A DNA stretch of 20,117 bases from NCBI GenBank assembly GCA_039024555.1, contig JBCCQQ010000087.1, forward strand, positions 1 through 20,117, written 5' to 3'. The notes below the pieces were generated by a model that saw only the letters and a program-made list of their open reading frames with translations, was not told the origin of the DNA and ran no database searches. The position numbers were made by a program, and so were the translations under genes. This stretch comes from Cyanobacteria bacterium P01_D01_bin.156 (lineage in GTDB: Bacteria > Cyanobacteriota > Cyanobacteriia > Phormidesmidales > Phormidesmidaceae). This document shows, piece by piece, positions 10,421 to 20,117 of the stretch. Position 1 is the stretch's first letter; each line of letters opens with the position of its first letter.

Positions 10421-11623
10421 TTAGCAAGGTTTAAGGCTATGCCAACAATCTTGAGCAATGGCCCAGTCTTCTTGCGTGTGAATGACTAACACTCGAATGG
10501 TGGAGTCAGGTAGAGCAATATCTTGATCCACCGGATGGGTTTTATTTTTATCCACATCAAGCTTCAGTCCTAAAAAGTCCATGGCCTCACAGACATCGGC
10601 CCGAATAGACGCATCATTTTCCCCAATGCCAGCGGTAAACACAATCGCATCGGTGCCGCCTAAACTCATGAGCATCGAGCCCATACATGCTTTTAGCCGA
10701 TGCAGATAGCTGTCACGGGCCAGCTGCGCTCGGGGATTGCCTGTTGTAATGGCCTGTTTGATGTGGCGTAAATCGTGGGAGAGACCAGAAATTCCCTTCA
10801 GACCAGACTCCTTATTGAGGAGTTTATCCAGCTCATCGGCACTGTACCCTTGCCGCATCAGGTGAATCAAAATGCCCGGATCAATCGAGCCTGATCGGGT
10901 CCCCATCATCAACCCTTCAAGGGGAGTAAATCCCATCGTGGTATCGATGCTCTGCCCGTCGCGCACGGCACAGAGAGAACCGCCATTACCCAGATGACAG
11001 ATAACTAATCGCAAATCTTCTTGGCCTAAAATTTGAGCCGCCCGCTGGCTACAGTACTGATGGCTAATGCCGTGAAACCCATAGCGACGAATGTCTTGGT
11101 CGACCCAATCGTATGGACCGGGATAAATTGCTGCCACATCTGCCATGGAGCTGTGGAAGGCCGTATCAAACACGGCGACCTGGGGCGTGTCTTCTAATAG
11201 GGCTTCCATGAGCTCAATCCCTTCTAAATTTGCGGGATTATGGTTTGGCGCTAGGGAGCGCAGTCGATCAATTTCTGCTTTAACTGCAGGAGTCACAAGG
11301 GTACTGGTCCGATACGTGCGGCCACCGTGTACCACGCGGTGGCCGACGACATCGATCTCCTTTGGGCTATTGAGCACCTGGATTGTTCCCTGCCAGAGGG
11401 TGCTGAGCACCTGAAAGAGAATATCCCCCCGAGAGGTGATGCTAAAGGTTTTTTCTAAGGTTGTTCCTGACTCTGTTTTGAGTTCTACAGCAGCCTTTCC
11501 AGGATACCAGTCGATCTGGGCTTCCCAGCTTGCTGTGGGTGCCTGCTCTGGTAAATTATCACCTACAACATAGAGACACAGCTTATGACTGCTGGAACCC
11601 GCATTGAGAACAAGAATCTTCAT
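10421..11623 (-). CDS. ackA: Acetate kinase
   Basis: Motifs LVLNAGSSS, GHRVVHGG, VFDTAFH, RRYGFHG, HLGNG, TMGFTPLEGLMMGTRSG and FTAGIGEN. Confidence 0.97.
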   Translation of the reverse strand: MKILVLNAGSSSHKLCLYVVGDNLPEQAPTASWEAQIDWYPGKAAVELKTESGTTLEKTFSITSRGDILFQVLSTLWQGTIQVLNSPKEIDVVGHRVVHGGRTYRTSTLVTPAVKAEIDRLRSLAPNHNPANLEGIELMEALLEDTPQVAVFDTAFHSSMADVAAIYPGPYDWVDQDIRRYGFHGISHQYCSQRAAQILGQEDLRLVICHLGNGGSLCAVRDGQSIDTTMGFTPLEGLMMGTRSGSIDPGILIHLMRQGYSADELDKLLNKESGLKGISGLSHDLRHIKQAITTGNPRAQLARDSYLHRLKACMGSMLMSLGGTDAIVFTAGIGENDASIRADVCEAMDFLGLKLDVDKNKTHPVDQDIALPDSTIRVLVIHTQEDWAIAQDCWHSLKPC

Positions 11624-11668
11624 GGCTTAGTAGCTGTTAAGAAATAACTTCACGGTTTGAGCCTGAGA

Positions 11669-11724
11669 GGCTTGTTAAGCCATGATTCAAATCAACAAGG
11701 CCATGATTTAATGCTTAACAAGCC
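11669..11724 (-). other. Intercistronic stem-loop between the histidine phosphatase gene and ackA
   Basis: 12-bp perfect inverted repeat GGCTTGTTAAGC (11669-11680) / GCTTAACAAGCC (11713-11724), with inner AAATCA/TGATTT pairing and no U-tail. Confidence 0.7.
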
Positions 11725-11725
11725 C

Positions 11726-12364
11726 TTAGGTGCCAACGCGATTGCGCAGTGTCTGGGGCAAATGGTAGCGATCTCCCAACCGCTGTAGCATTGGTCCATA
11801 CTGGCCAAACTGAATGACGCTGAGGGATGCGACAGGCATATCGATGCGATCGCGATATCGACCCACCTCAATGCCTAACAGGCTACACAACAGAATTCGA
11901 ATCGTGGTTTTGTGGGACACCACCAGCACGTTACCCGACTTATATTTATCCTCAATTTCAGCAATCACCGCATCGACACGACTGGCGGCTTTGAGCGCCG
12001 TTTCTCCACCTGTTGGGGGATTCCAAGCGGGTTCTGTGATCCAGCGAATGTAGTCATCGTGGTAATGGTCTTTTACATAAGCCCGGCTCTGATCTTCCCA
12101 GGCTCCAAACGTGACTTCTCGCAGCCCTTCCCGTATCTGTAGTGGGACTTTTGCTGCTTCACACAGAGGCGTAGCCGTTGCCACTGTCCGCTTCATTGGG
12201 CTAGCAAACACCGCTGCCCACTTGAGACTGCTGTAGGCATCGGCAAATGCCTGTGCCATAGCGGCACCAGCAGCGGTCAGTTCCGCATCGAGAGATCCAC
12301 AAAATCCACCCGTTTGGCTGTGGGTTGTTTCACCGTGACGAAGAAAATAAAGACTTAATCCCAT
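11726..12364 (-). CDS. Histidine phosphatase family protein (phosphoglycerate mutase-like, GpmB/PhoE/CobC type)
   Basis: Catalytic-core motifs LRHGET, ASPMKRT, GLREVTFGAWE and VVSH. The start overlaps the glgP end by 10 nt. Confidence 0.92.
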   Translation of the reverse strand: MGLSLYFLRHGETTHSQTGGFCGSLDAELTAAGAAMAQAFADAYSSLKWAAVFASPMKRTVATATPLCEAAKVPLQIREGLREVTFGAWEDQSRAYVKDHYHDDYIRWITEPAWNPPTGGETALKAASRVDAVIAEIEDKYKSGNVLVVSHKTTIRILLCSLLGIEVGRYRDRIDMPVASLSVIQFGQYGPMLQRLGDRYHLPQTLRNRVGT

Positions 12365-14898
12365 GTAGTACCTACCTGTAATCCAGCTTCAGCCTGTACA
12401 TATGTTTTCAGTGCCACTGGCACTGGTTTAACCTGCCAAATGTTCTCGGCATAGTCGCGTATGGAACGATCTGATGAGAATTTACCCACTCGAGCCGTAT
12501 TCAAAATGGATAGGCGGGTCCAGCCATCCGCGTTGGCATAGGCTTGACTCACCCGTTCCTGACAATCCACGTAGGATTGGTAATCCGCCAGCAGCAGGAA
12601 GGGATCTTGATGTAGCAGGTTATCCACAATAGGTTGGAACAGAGTTTGGTCGCCTCGGGAGAAGACACCGGATGCGAGCTGACGAATAATTTTTTGCAGA
12701 CTGGGGCTGCGATCGCAATAGTCCCAAGGAGCATATCCCTCCGCTCTCAGGGCCATCACCTGATCTACCGTCAATCCAAATAGGAAGAAGCTTTCGGCCC
12801 CTACAGCCTCACGAATTTCTACATTGGCACCGTCTAACGTCCCAATCGTCAGAGCACCATTCATTGAGAACTTCATATTGCCTGTACCAGAGGCTTCCTT
12901 CCCAGCTGTCGAAATCTGTTCCGACAGATCCGCTGCAGGATATACTGGCTGACTATTGGTAACATTATAGTCGGGCAAAAAGACCACCTTTAAGCGGCCT
13001 GCCACATCCGGATCGTTGTTGACCACCTCGCCTACAGACGTAATCAGTTTGATGATTAACTTGGCCATAAAGTAGCCGGGGGCGGCTTTACCACCAAAAA
13101 TAAAGGTACGGGGAACAATTTCCTGGGACGGATTCTCTTTGAGACGGTTGTACAGTGTAATAATGTGCAACACATTTAAGTGCTGACGCTTGTACTCATG
13201 GATCCGTTTGACCTGGATATCAAACATAGAATTCGGATCCACCTCAATACCGGTGACTTTAAAGATGCGCTGGGCCAAACGTTGTTTATTAGACCGCTTC
13301 ACCTGTCGCCAAGCCTGACGAAAACCAGAATCATCTGATAAATTTTCCAGCTGTCGGAGCTTATCTAAGTGCTTGACCCAGCCATCGCCAATTTTGCTAG
13401 TAATCAGCTCCGTTAGCTGCGGGTTACTCAACACCATCCAGCGGCGTGGCGTCACCCCATTGGTCACATTGGTAATCTTATTGGGCCAGAACTCATGAAA
13501 ATCTCGCAGCACCGTGGTCTTTAGCAAATCGCTGTGGAGTGCGGCCACACCGTTGATAGCATAGCTCCCCACCGATGCTAGATTGGCCATACGCACGTAG
13601 CGCTCGCCTGACTCATCAATCAGAGAGAGGGCTGCCAGTTTGCCTCCATCGTTCGGAAAATGCTGCTGCACTTCGTCTATAAATCGTCGATTAATTTCGT
13701 AGATAATGTCTAAATGGCGGGGCAACAATCGACCAAATAACTCCACAGACCACTTTTCTAAAGCTTCTGGTAATAGGGTGTGGTTAGTGTAAGCAAACGT
13801 CTTTTGGGTGATCTGCCAAGCCTGTTTCCAAGACATCAAATGCTCATCCAGCAGCAGACGCATGAGCTCTGATACGCCCACAGCCGGATGAGTGTCATTT
13901 AGCTGTGCCGTAAACTTCTCATGGAATGTCTCAAGACTCCCGCCCTCGGATAAATGAATTCGCACCATATCCTGTAGGGAACAGGACACAAAGAAATACT
14001 GTTGCTGTAATCGCAGTTCCTTTCCTTGAATCTGTTCATCGTTAGGGTAGAGCACCTTAGTGAGGTTTTCCGCAGCGGTTTTTTCAGTCACTGCACCATA
14101 GTAGTCACCCTGGTTAAACCGTTGAAAATCAAAGGATTCACTCGCCTCTGCTTTCCAGAGTCGTAGGGTATTGGCGGTATTCACCCGGTAGCCCAGAATT
14201 GGAGTATCGTAGGGTACGCCCTGGAGGGTATAGCCAGGAAACCAGCGCACTCGCTGCTCGCCCTGCTCGGTGGTATAAAGTTCAGTATGGCCCCCAAACT
14301 TTACCTGTACGGCTGCATTGGCCTGTCGTACCTCCCAGGGATTGCCATGCTGTAACCACTTATCGGTAATCTCCACCTGCCACCCATCTCGAATTTCCTG
14401 GTCAAAGATGCCAAATTCATAGCGAATTCCGTAGCCGATGGCAGGAATCTCCAAACTCGCCAGAGACTCCATATAGCAGGCCGCTAGTCGTCCCAAGCCA
14501 CCATTACCCAGACCGGGTTCTTCCTCCTGGGCAATTAGCTCATCTAGATCTAATCCAGAATCTGCCACAGCTTTCTGAACAGGCTCGTAAATGTCTAAAT
14601 TGACTAAGTTATTGCCCAGGTGGGGACCTAACAAAAACTCTGCCGACAGATAGCACACCACCCGCACATTGGGCTTGCTATAGGCTTCGCTAGTGGCCAA
14701 CCATCGCTGCAAAAGACGATCTCGCACGGTGTAGGCCAGGGCCATGTAGTAATCATTTTTAGTGGCAGTACCCAGAAACTTACCCTGAACATAAAACAAG
14801 TTGTCGGCCATGGCGCGCCGCAGCGTTTCAATGCTCAAACCTGTACGGTCGTCTTCTACCTCTACCGTTGGACAAGTAAAAACATCTTGAGCGGTCAT
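12355..14898 (-). CDS. glgP: Glycogen/alpha-glucan phosphorylase
   Basis: Motifs LGNGGLGRLAAC, QLNDTHP, TNGVTPRRW, KRIHEYKRQ and the PLP-lysine motif EASGTGNMKF. Confidence 0.98.
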   Translation of the reverse strand: MTAQDVFTCPTVEVEDDRTGLSIETLRRAMADNLFYVQGKFLGTATKNDYYMALAYTVRDRLLQRWLATSEAYSKPNVRVVCYLSAEFLLGPHLGNNLVNLDIYEPVQKAVADSGLDLDELIAQEEEPGLGNGGLGRLAACYMESLASLEIPAIGYGIRYEFGIFDQEIRDGWQVEITDKWLQHGNPWEVRQANAAVQVKFGGHTELYTTEQGEQRVRWFPGYTLQGVPYDTPILGYRVNTANTLRLWKAEASESFDFQRFNQGDYYGAVTEKTAAENLTKVLYPNDEQIQGKELRLQQQYFFVSCSLQDMVRIHLSEGGSLETFHEKFTAQLNDTHPAVGVSELMRLLLDEHLMSWKQAWQITQKTFAYTNHTLLPEALEKWSVELFGRLLPRHLDIIYEINRRFIDEVQQHFPNDGGKLAALSLIDESGERYVRMANLASVGSYAINGVAALHSDLLKTTVLRDFHEFWPNKITNVTNGVTPRRWMVLSNPQLTELITSKIGDGWVKHLDKLRQLENLSDDSGFRQAWRQVKRSNKQRLAQRIFKVTGIEVDPNSMFDIQVKRIHEYKRQHLNVLHIITLYNRLKENPSQEIVPRTFIFGGKAAPGYFMAKLIIKLITSVGEVVNNDPDVAGRLKVVFLPDYNVTNSQPVYPAADLSEQISTAGKEASGTGNMKFSMNGALTIGTLDGANVEIREAVGAESFFLFGLTVDQVMALRAEGYAPWDYCDRSPSLQKIIRQLASGVFSRGDQTLFQPIVDNLLHQDPFLLLADYQSYVDCQERVSQAYANADGWTRLSILNTARVGKFSSDRSIRDYAENIWQVKPVPVALKTYVQAEAGLQVGTTWD

Positions 14899-14965
14899 AG
14901 CAGTTCATCCTTGATTTGAAGCAAGCTTTGGAGAGAATCTAAATGTGTGAGTTTAAAATTAAACC

Positions 14966-14999
14966 AGCGTTCTCTCCTATTCTCAAGGGAGAGAACGCT
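14966..14999 (-). other. Stem-loop just after the xfp stop (stabiliser or partial terminator)
   Basis: 12-bp perfect inverted repeat AGCGTTCTCTCC / GGAGAGAACGCT, followed on the minus strand by GGTTTAATTTT. Confidence 0.7.
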
Positions 15000-15008
15000 T
15001 TGTTCAAT

Positions 15009-17426
15009 CTAGCAATCTGTTGTGTAGGGCCACTTCCATTGGGTAATCTCATCTTGATCTCGACCATGCTCATGGGCATAGGCCAGACATTCGATGAGCT
15101 TGTTCTTCATGCGCTCTTTCACATGAGCGGCTGCAGACCCCAGTTTGGGCACCCGGTCAATCACATCAATAACCAGGTTAAAGCGGTCTACTTGGTTATT
15201 AATGGCTAACTCTAGAGGGGTGTTAATGTTGCCCTGTTCCTTATACCCACGAACATGAATACGTTCTTGGTTAGAACGGCGGTACACCAGCTTGTGGATT
15301 AACCAAGGGTAGCCGTGGAAGTTAAACATCACCGGCTTGTCAGGGGTAAATAGGGAGTTAAAGTCCCAATCGGAAAGACCGTGGGGGTGTTCTCCTTCAG
15401 ACACTAACTTAAACAGGTCTACAACATTTACAAACCGTACTTTAAGATCCGGCAGTTCCTCACGCAAAATGGCAGTTGCTGCCAGCGCTTCCATGGTGGG
15501 AATATCACCGCAGCAGGCCATGACCACATCAGGTTCGTCGGGAGCAGTATCGCAGTCATCGTTGCTAGCCCAGTCCCAAATGCCAATACCCTTTGTGCAA
15601 TGGGCAACCGCAGCATCCATAGGCAGGTACTGCAGGTGCTTTTGCTTGTCCGCAATAATCACATTGATGTAGTCCGTACTACGGAAGCAGTGATCTGCTA
15701 CGGAGAGCAGACAGTTGGCATCCGGTGGGAAATACACCCGCACCACATCCGGGCTCTTGTTAGTGACAAGATCCACATAACCTGGATCTTGGTGACTAAA
15801 GCCGTTGTGGTCCTGTCGCCATACCAAGGAGGACAACAAAATATTAAGAGAGGATACCGACCGCCGCCAGGGGACATGGTTGCGACAGATATCTAACCAT
15901 TTGGCATGCTGGTTAAACATGGAATCCACCACGTGGGCAAAGGCCTCATAGGTGTGGAATAAACCATGGCGACCGGTTAGCAAATAGGCTTCTAACCAGC
16001 CTTGTAGAGTATGCTCACTGAGCATTTCCATCACCCGACCATCGCGGGATAGCTCCGTTCCACCCTCGTCTTCTGGATAGATATCTGCCATCCAAACTTT
16101 TTTGGTGACCTGGTAAACATCCTGCAACCGGTTAGAAGCCGTTTCATCGGGTCCCATTAACCGGAAGTTATCAGGGTTGTCCCGCATGATATCCCGCATC
16201 AAAAAGCCCAACACCTTGGTGTTTTCAAACTCTTCGACACCATGGTGCTCCATTTGAATAGCGTAATCCCGGAAGTTGGGCATTTTTAACGCCTTTCTTA
16301 GCATGCCGCCATTGGCATGGGGATTAGCCCCCATGCGGTGGTTACCCATGGGGGCCAAAGCTCTCAGCTCGGGCATGAGTGACCCATTTTCATCAAATAG
16401 CTCTTCAGGACGGTAGCTACGCATCCAGGCTTCTAGCTGACGCAGGTGATCTGGGTTGTCATGCATGCCGCCCATGGGTACCTGGTGAGAGCGCCAAAAA
16501 TCTTCTACCTTTTTGCCATCCACCTCGGCTGGCCCGGTCCAACCCTTAGGCGTACGTAGCACAATCATAGGCCAGCGAGGACGTTCGACCTTACCCGATG
16601 TTCTGGCTGCTCTTTGAATCTCCTTAATTTTAAGGACACATTCTTCCATGACCGAGGCCATTTTCTGATGCATCTCGGCAGGATCTTTCCCTTCTACAAA
16701 GTAGGGAGTATAGCCATAGCCTCGGAACAAACACTCCAGCTCCTCATGGGAAATCCGGGCCAGGATAGTGGGGTTAGCAATCTTATAGCCATTCAAATTG
16801 AGAACTGGCAATACCGCTCCATCTCGAGCCGGATTAATAAACTTATTGGAATGCCAGGCCGTTGCCAGGGGGCCTGTTTCTGCCTCACCATCCCCCACAA
16901 CGCAGGTGACAATCAATTCGGGGTTATCAAGGACCGCACCGTACGCATGGGAGACGCTGTAGCCTAGCTCACCTCCTTCATGGATAGAACCGGGGGTTTC
17001 TGGCGTTACGTGGCTGCCAATAAAGCCAGGGAAGGAAAACTGCTTAAAAAAGCGCTGCATCCCTTCAAAATCTTCACTTTTGTCGGGATAAATCTCTGAA
17101 TAGGTCCCTTCCAAATATACCGGGCCTAAAACACCGGGAGCACCATGCCCAGGGCCTGCCACAAAAATCATGTCCAGGGCATATTTCTTAATGAGGCGAT
17201 TGCAGTGAATATAAGTAAAACTGAGGGCAGGTGACGCACCCCAGTGCCCTAGTAAGCGATGCTTTACATGTGCGCTCTTGAGGGGCTCTCGAAGCAGAGG
17301 ATTATCGCGTAGATAAATCATGCCTACAGCGAGATAATTACACGCTCGCCAATAGGCATCAATTTTAGAAAGCTCGTCTTCTGTTAGTACAGAAGACACC
17401 ATCGGTTTAATTGGGGCCTGAACCAT
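15009..17426 (-). CDS. xfp: Xylulose-5-phosphate/fructose-6-phosphate phosphoketolase
   Basis: Motifs [21 protein letters not shown], ThDP motif [26 protein letters not shown] and [12 protein letters not shown]. Confidence 0.98.
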   Translation of the reverse strand: MVQAPIKPMVSSVLTEDELSKIDAYWRACNYLAVGMIYLRDNPLLREPLKSAHVKHRLLGHWGASPALSFTYIHCNRLIKKYALDMIFVAGPGHGAPGVLGPVYLEGTYSEIYPDKSEDFEGMQRFFKQFSFPGFIGSHVTPETPGSIHEGGELGYSVSHAYGAVLDNPELIVTCVVGDGEAETGPLATAWHSNKFINPARDGAVLPVLNLNGYKIANPTILARISHEELECLFRGYGYTPYFVEGKDPAEMHQKMASVMEECVLKIKEIQRAARTSGKVERPRWPMIVLRTPKGWTGPAEVDGKKVEDFWRSHQVPMGGMHDNPDHLRQLEAWMRSYRPEELFDENGSLMPELRALAPMGNHRMGANPHANGGMLRKALKMPNFRDYAIQMEHHGVEEFENTKVLGFLMRDIMRDNPDNFRLMGPDETASNRLQDVYQVTKKVWMADIYPEDEGGTELSRDGRVMEMLSEHTLQGWLEAYLLTGRHGLFHTYEAFAHVVDSMFNQHAKWLDICRNHVPWRRSVSSLNILLSSLVWRQDHNGFSHQDPGYVDLVTNKSPDVVRVYFPPDANCLLSVADHCFRSTDYINVIIADKQKHLQYLPMDAAVAHCTKGIGIWDWASNDDCDTAPDEPDVVMACCGDIPTMEALAATAILREELPDLKVRFVNVVDLFKLVSEGEHPHGLSDWDFNSLFTPDKPVMFNFHGYPWLIHKLVYRRSNQERIHVRGYKEQGNINTPLELAINNQVDRFNLVIDVIDRVPKLGSAAAHVKERMKNKLIECLAYAHEHGRDQDEITQWKWPYTTDC

Positions 17427-18456
17427 AGTTGAGGATGTCCATTAGGTAACTACTACAGAAATCCTTGACTCTTGCCTTGGACAAAAAATGCATCATGCAC
17501 AAACCAGAGCAATAAAGCCAAGAGCCTTTGTCCTTCAATGAGCTGCACATCAAGTTTTTTGTCCAAAATACTATTCTTAAAAGTCAAGAAACCCTAGAGT
17601 GCCAATACTTCAAATGCGCTCGTAGGATTGTCAGAATTGAAATTAAAAACAAGGTTTTCAATTTTTTATGGGAGTTGACATTGATGATAAATATCACCCT
17701 CACAAAAAAGGATTTAACGTATTACTTATATTGAAAGCTTAATCTATTTGATTTTGTTTGAGAGTCCTCTTCAATTTTTTCTTAAGACTTGAGTGATTTG
17801 ATATGGGTCCTTTGAATATGAAAATATTTTTGTACTCAAAAATACATTTGTTTTTCAAAATATGTTGGTTAGCGTTTATTTTGAGTACACTTTGGTCTAG
17901 ATAGAATATTCTTAGACTTCTCTTAAAGGTTGCTCAAGTTCACAATGGTCTAAAGGTATATATTAGATTTTATCGGTGCTTGGAGTTTCCTACAGACAGG
18001 CATTTAAGAAGTTTTTGGCAAAGCTGAAGCCATATGCAGTCGAACTAGATGTCTAGCAGCCCCAAGCATAGATGTTAATAAGAATGTCCAGCCTTATCTT
18101 GGGTAAGTATTGATTACTTTAGTTTTTGCTTTTGTCATAGCTTTACGTAATAGAAAGCACCTAAATAGACATTTGCTTTCTAGCTATAATCAAAAGTATT
18201 GGTAAAGGATTTAGATAACTTCTGTTGTCTTATCGCTACAGTTTGACCTAGCTGCAGTAGCATTGATTTTTTTCTATGGTTGATGCCGAGATGATTGTCT
18301 ATAGTTACAAGTTTTACAGAAGTTTCAATGATACTAATTGAGAAAACAAAATAACCTGATTTTTGTGATGAGTTAGCCACATAAGAGTCAGTAGCACCAA
18401 GAATCGATGCCGTTCCTTTTGCGACTCAGTCCAATAACCTTTCTGTCGATAACACC

Positions 18457-19479
18457 ATGGAAATCGCTTTTTTTAGTGCTAAACGCTACGATAAACAGTC
18501 TTTTTCATCTATTAACGCAGACTATGGGCATGGGATAACGTTCTTTGAACCTCGTCTAACGCCCGAGACAGCTTCCTTGGCGGCGGAATTCCCAGCTGTT
18601 TGTGTATTTATCAATGATGAGCTGCATGCAGAAACGCTGCGAGCGATCGCAACCACCGGCACGCGCTTAATTGCCCTACGCTGTGCAGGGTTTAACAATG
18701 TTGACCTGGATGTGGCTCAGGAGTTGGGCATAACGGTGGTGCGGGTGCCAGCCTATTCTCCCTATGCGGTCGCAGAACATGCTGTGGGGCTGATTATGGC
18801 CCTTAATCGTAAGCTATATCGTGCCTATAATCGAGTTCGAGATGACAATTTTTCTCTCGATGGTCTGCTGGGTTTTGATCTCTATGGTAAGACGGTCGGC
18901 ATTGTGGGGACCGGGAAGATTGGTGAGTGCTTTGCTCAAATTATGAATGGCTTTGGCTGTAAGCTGTTGGCCTACGATGTACGCCCCAACCCTTTGTGTG
19001 AGTCTATTGGTGTGGAGTATGTGGAGCTATCTACGCTGCTGGCTAGTTCCGATATAGTCTCTTTGCACTGTCCGCTGCTGCCTGCCACCTATCACCTGAT
19101 TGATGAGACCTCGCTACAGCATGTGAAGCCGGGAGCCATGCTGATTAATACGAGCCGGGGCGGGTTGATTGATACTGACGCTGCGATCGCAGCTATTAAG
19201 TCAGGGCGTCTTGGCTATTTGGGAATTGACGTTTACGAACAAGAAGGCAATCTATTTTTTGAAGATCTCTCGGATACGGTGATTCAAGACGATACGTTTC
19301 AGCTGTTGCAATCGTTTTCCAACGTAGTGATTACGGCCCACCAAGCGTTCTTTACCCAGGAGGCCTTGCATAATATCGCCGAAACAACATTATCCAACAT
19401 TAGTGATGTGGAAGCCGGACGAGACTGCGCTAACGAGGTCAAAACTGGAAGCAAGCAGCCTGCGAAAGTGATGGCTTAA
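18457..19479 (+). CDS. ldhA: D-lactate dehydrogenase (D-2-hydroxyacid dehydrogenase)
   Basis: Motifs LRCAGFNNVD, VPAYSPYAVAEH, GIVGTGKIG, LHCP, NTSRG, DVYEQE and TAHQAF, as in fermentative LdhA. Confidence 0.92.
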   Translation: MEIAFFSAKRYDKQSFSSINADYGHGITFFEPRLTPETASLAAEFPAVCVFINDELHAETLRAIATTGTRLIALRCAGFNNVDLDVAQELGITVVRVPAYSPYAVAEHAVGLIMALNRKLYRAYNRVRDDNFSLDGLLGFDLYGKTVGIVGTGKIGECFAQIMNGFGCKLLAYDVRPNPLCESIGVEYVELSTLLASSDIVSLHCPLLPATYHLIDETSLQHVKPGAMLINTSRGGLIDTDAAIAAIKSGRLGYLGIDVYEQEGNLFFEDLSDTVIQDDTFQLLQSFSNVVITAHQAFFTQEALHNIAETTLSNISDVEAGRDCANEVKTGSKQPAKVMA

Positions 19480-19572
19480 TTGGCAGCAAGTCAAACGGCT
19501 ATGGTGTAACTTATGGATGGTTTATGGCTATGTCATGGACCTAACTTTGCTGTTGCTGATTGGTTTGATTTT

Positions 19573-19941
19573 ATGGTGGCTAGTGCAGGATTACTCAGAG
19601 CGATCGCAGTGGCTATGATTTTGGCCGTGACTTGTTTTCAGGCACCAAGTTTAGCCGTTGAGCAGTTAGGTGCTGCCATCGTCAATCAGCCAGCTACACT
19701 GATTGGTCCTCGCTCAGATGCGCCTATCCCGTTGTCTTTGAGACCTGCGCCAAATCAGCCCAATGTGGGTTACGGGATAAATGGTGATTCGGTCACTGTG
19801 ATGGAGCAGTTGGCTAGCTTTTTACCTGAAGCGGATGCTAGCACTGCATGGAATCACATTCGCTTAAATTCTGAGCCTTATACAGAAGGCTGGGTCCAGG
19901 GAAAGTTTCTGTCTATGGAAGATCAAGATTTACTTGAGTAA
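19573..19941 (+). CDS. Putative exported protein with a bacterial SH3-like domain
   Basis: Signal-peptide-like LRAIAVAMILAVTCFQAPSLA, then LRPAP..GDSVTV..W..I..EGWV, typical of SH3b. ATG 19573 is preferred over 19513 because it places the signal at the N-terminus. Confidence 0.7.
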   Translation: MVASAGLLRAIAVAMILAVTCFQAPSLAVEQLGAAIVNQPATLIGPRSDAPIPLSLRPAPNQPNVGYGINGDSVTVMEQLASFLPEADASTAWNHIRLNSEPYTEGWVQGKFLSMEDQDLLE

Positions 19942-20008
19942 CAAATAAAAGACTCTTTTTGACAACAGTTTTAATAAGTAGGTTGACCCAATTAGCTATC
20001 AGATATTA

Positions 20009-20094
20009 AGGCCCCCTCTTGCCAATTCTGGGGTTTGGGGGGCGCCCCCCCCCCAAAAAAGGGGGGTTGGGGGGGTGCCGCCCAAAAAAAAAAA
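20009..20094. repeat. C/G-run palindromic intergenic repeat, possibly with low-quality homopolymers
   Basis: GCCCCCTC..GGGGTTTGGGGGGCG-C10-A6-G6-TT-G7, then a long A-run. Resembles G/C-tract dispersed repeats of filamentous cyanobacteria. Confidence 0.45.
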
Positions 20095-20117
20095 GTGGTG
20101 TGTTTGAAGTAATGAAT

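Noticed and set aside
8607..16967. Many 60-117 aa ORFs overlapping the helicase-like gene, ackA, the phosphatase, glgP and xfp
   Set aside because: Antisense or alternate-frame shadows of well-supported genes.
17528..18380. ORFs 17528-17734(+) and 18180-18380(-)
   Set aside because: AT-rich with no motif and a composition typical of spurious ORFs. The first also has a TTG start.

Overview
Cyanobacterial chromosomal window. It carries 10 HIP1 GCGATCGC sites, and its gene content suggests a filamentous Leptolyngbya-like organism (inference). From left to right: the 5' end of an IS630-family element running off the window edge; a decayed Rpn/PD-(D/E)XK pseudogene absent from the ORF track; a small membrane protein; a stand-alone groEL (groEL2) with a perfect CIRCE and a K-box-like site; a Mo-nitrogenase C-terminal-domain protein; an Ap4A phosphorylase-like gene; a CAAX/CPBP protease; a DUF697/YcjF-like GTPase; the 56-aa PSII assembly factor psb34 (also missed by the ORF track); and a degenerate UvrD-like protein. 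The right half is a fermentation-type cluster: xfp-glgP-histidine phosphatase-ackA on the minus strand, divergent across about 1 kb from D-lactate dehydrogenase and an SH3-like exported protein. The best system-level candidate is this glycogen-to-acetate/lactate module with an unassigned phosphatase/mutase translationally coupled to glgP. Similar clusters are known in some cyanobacteria, so novelty is moderate. All calls rest on manual translation and motif recognition; no searches were run.
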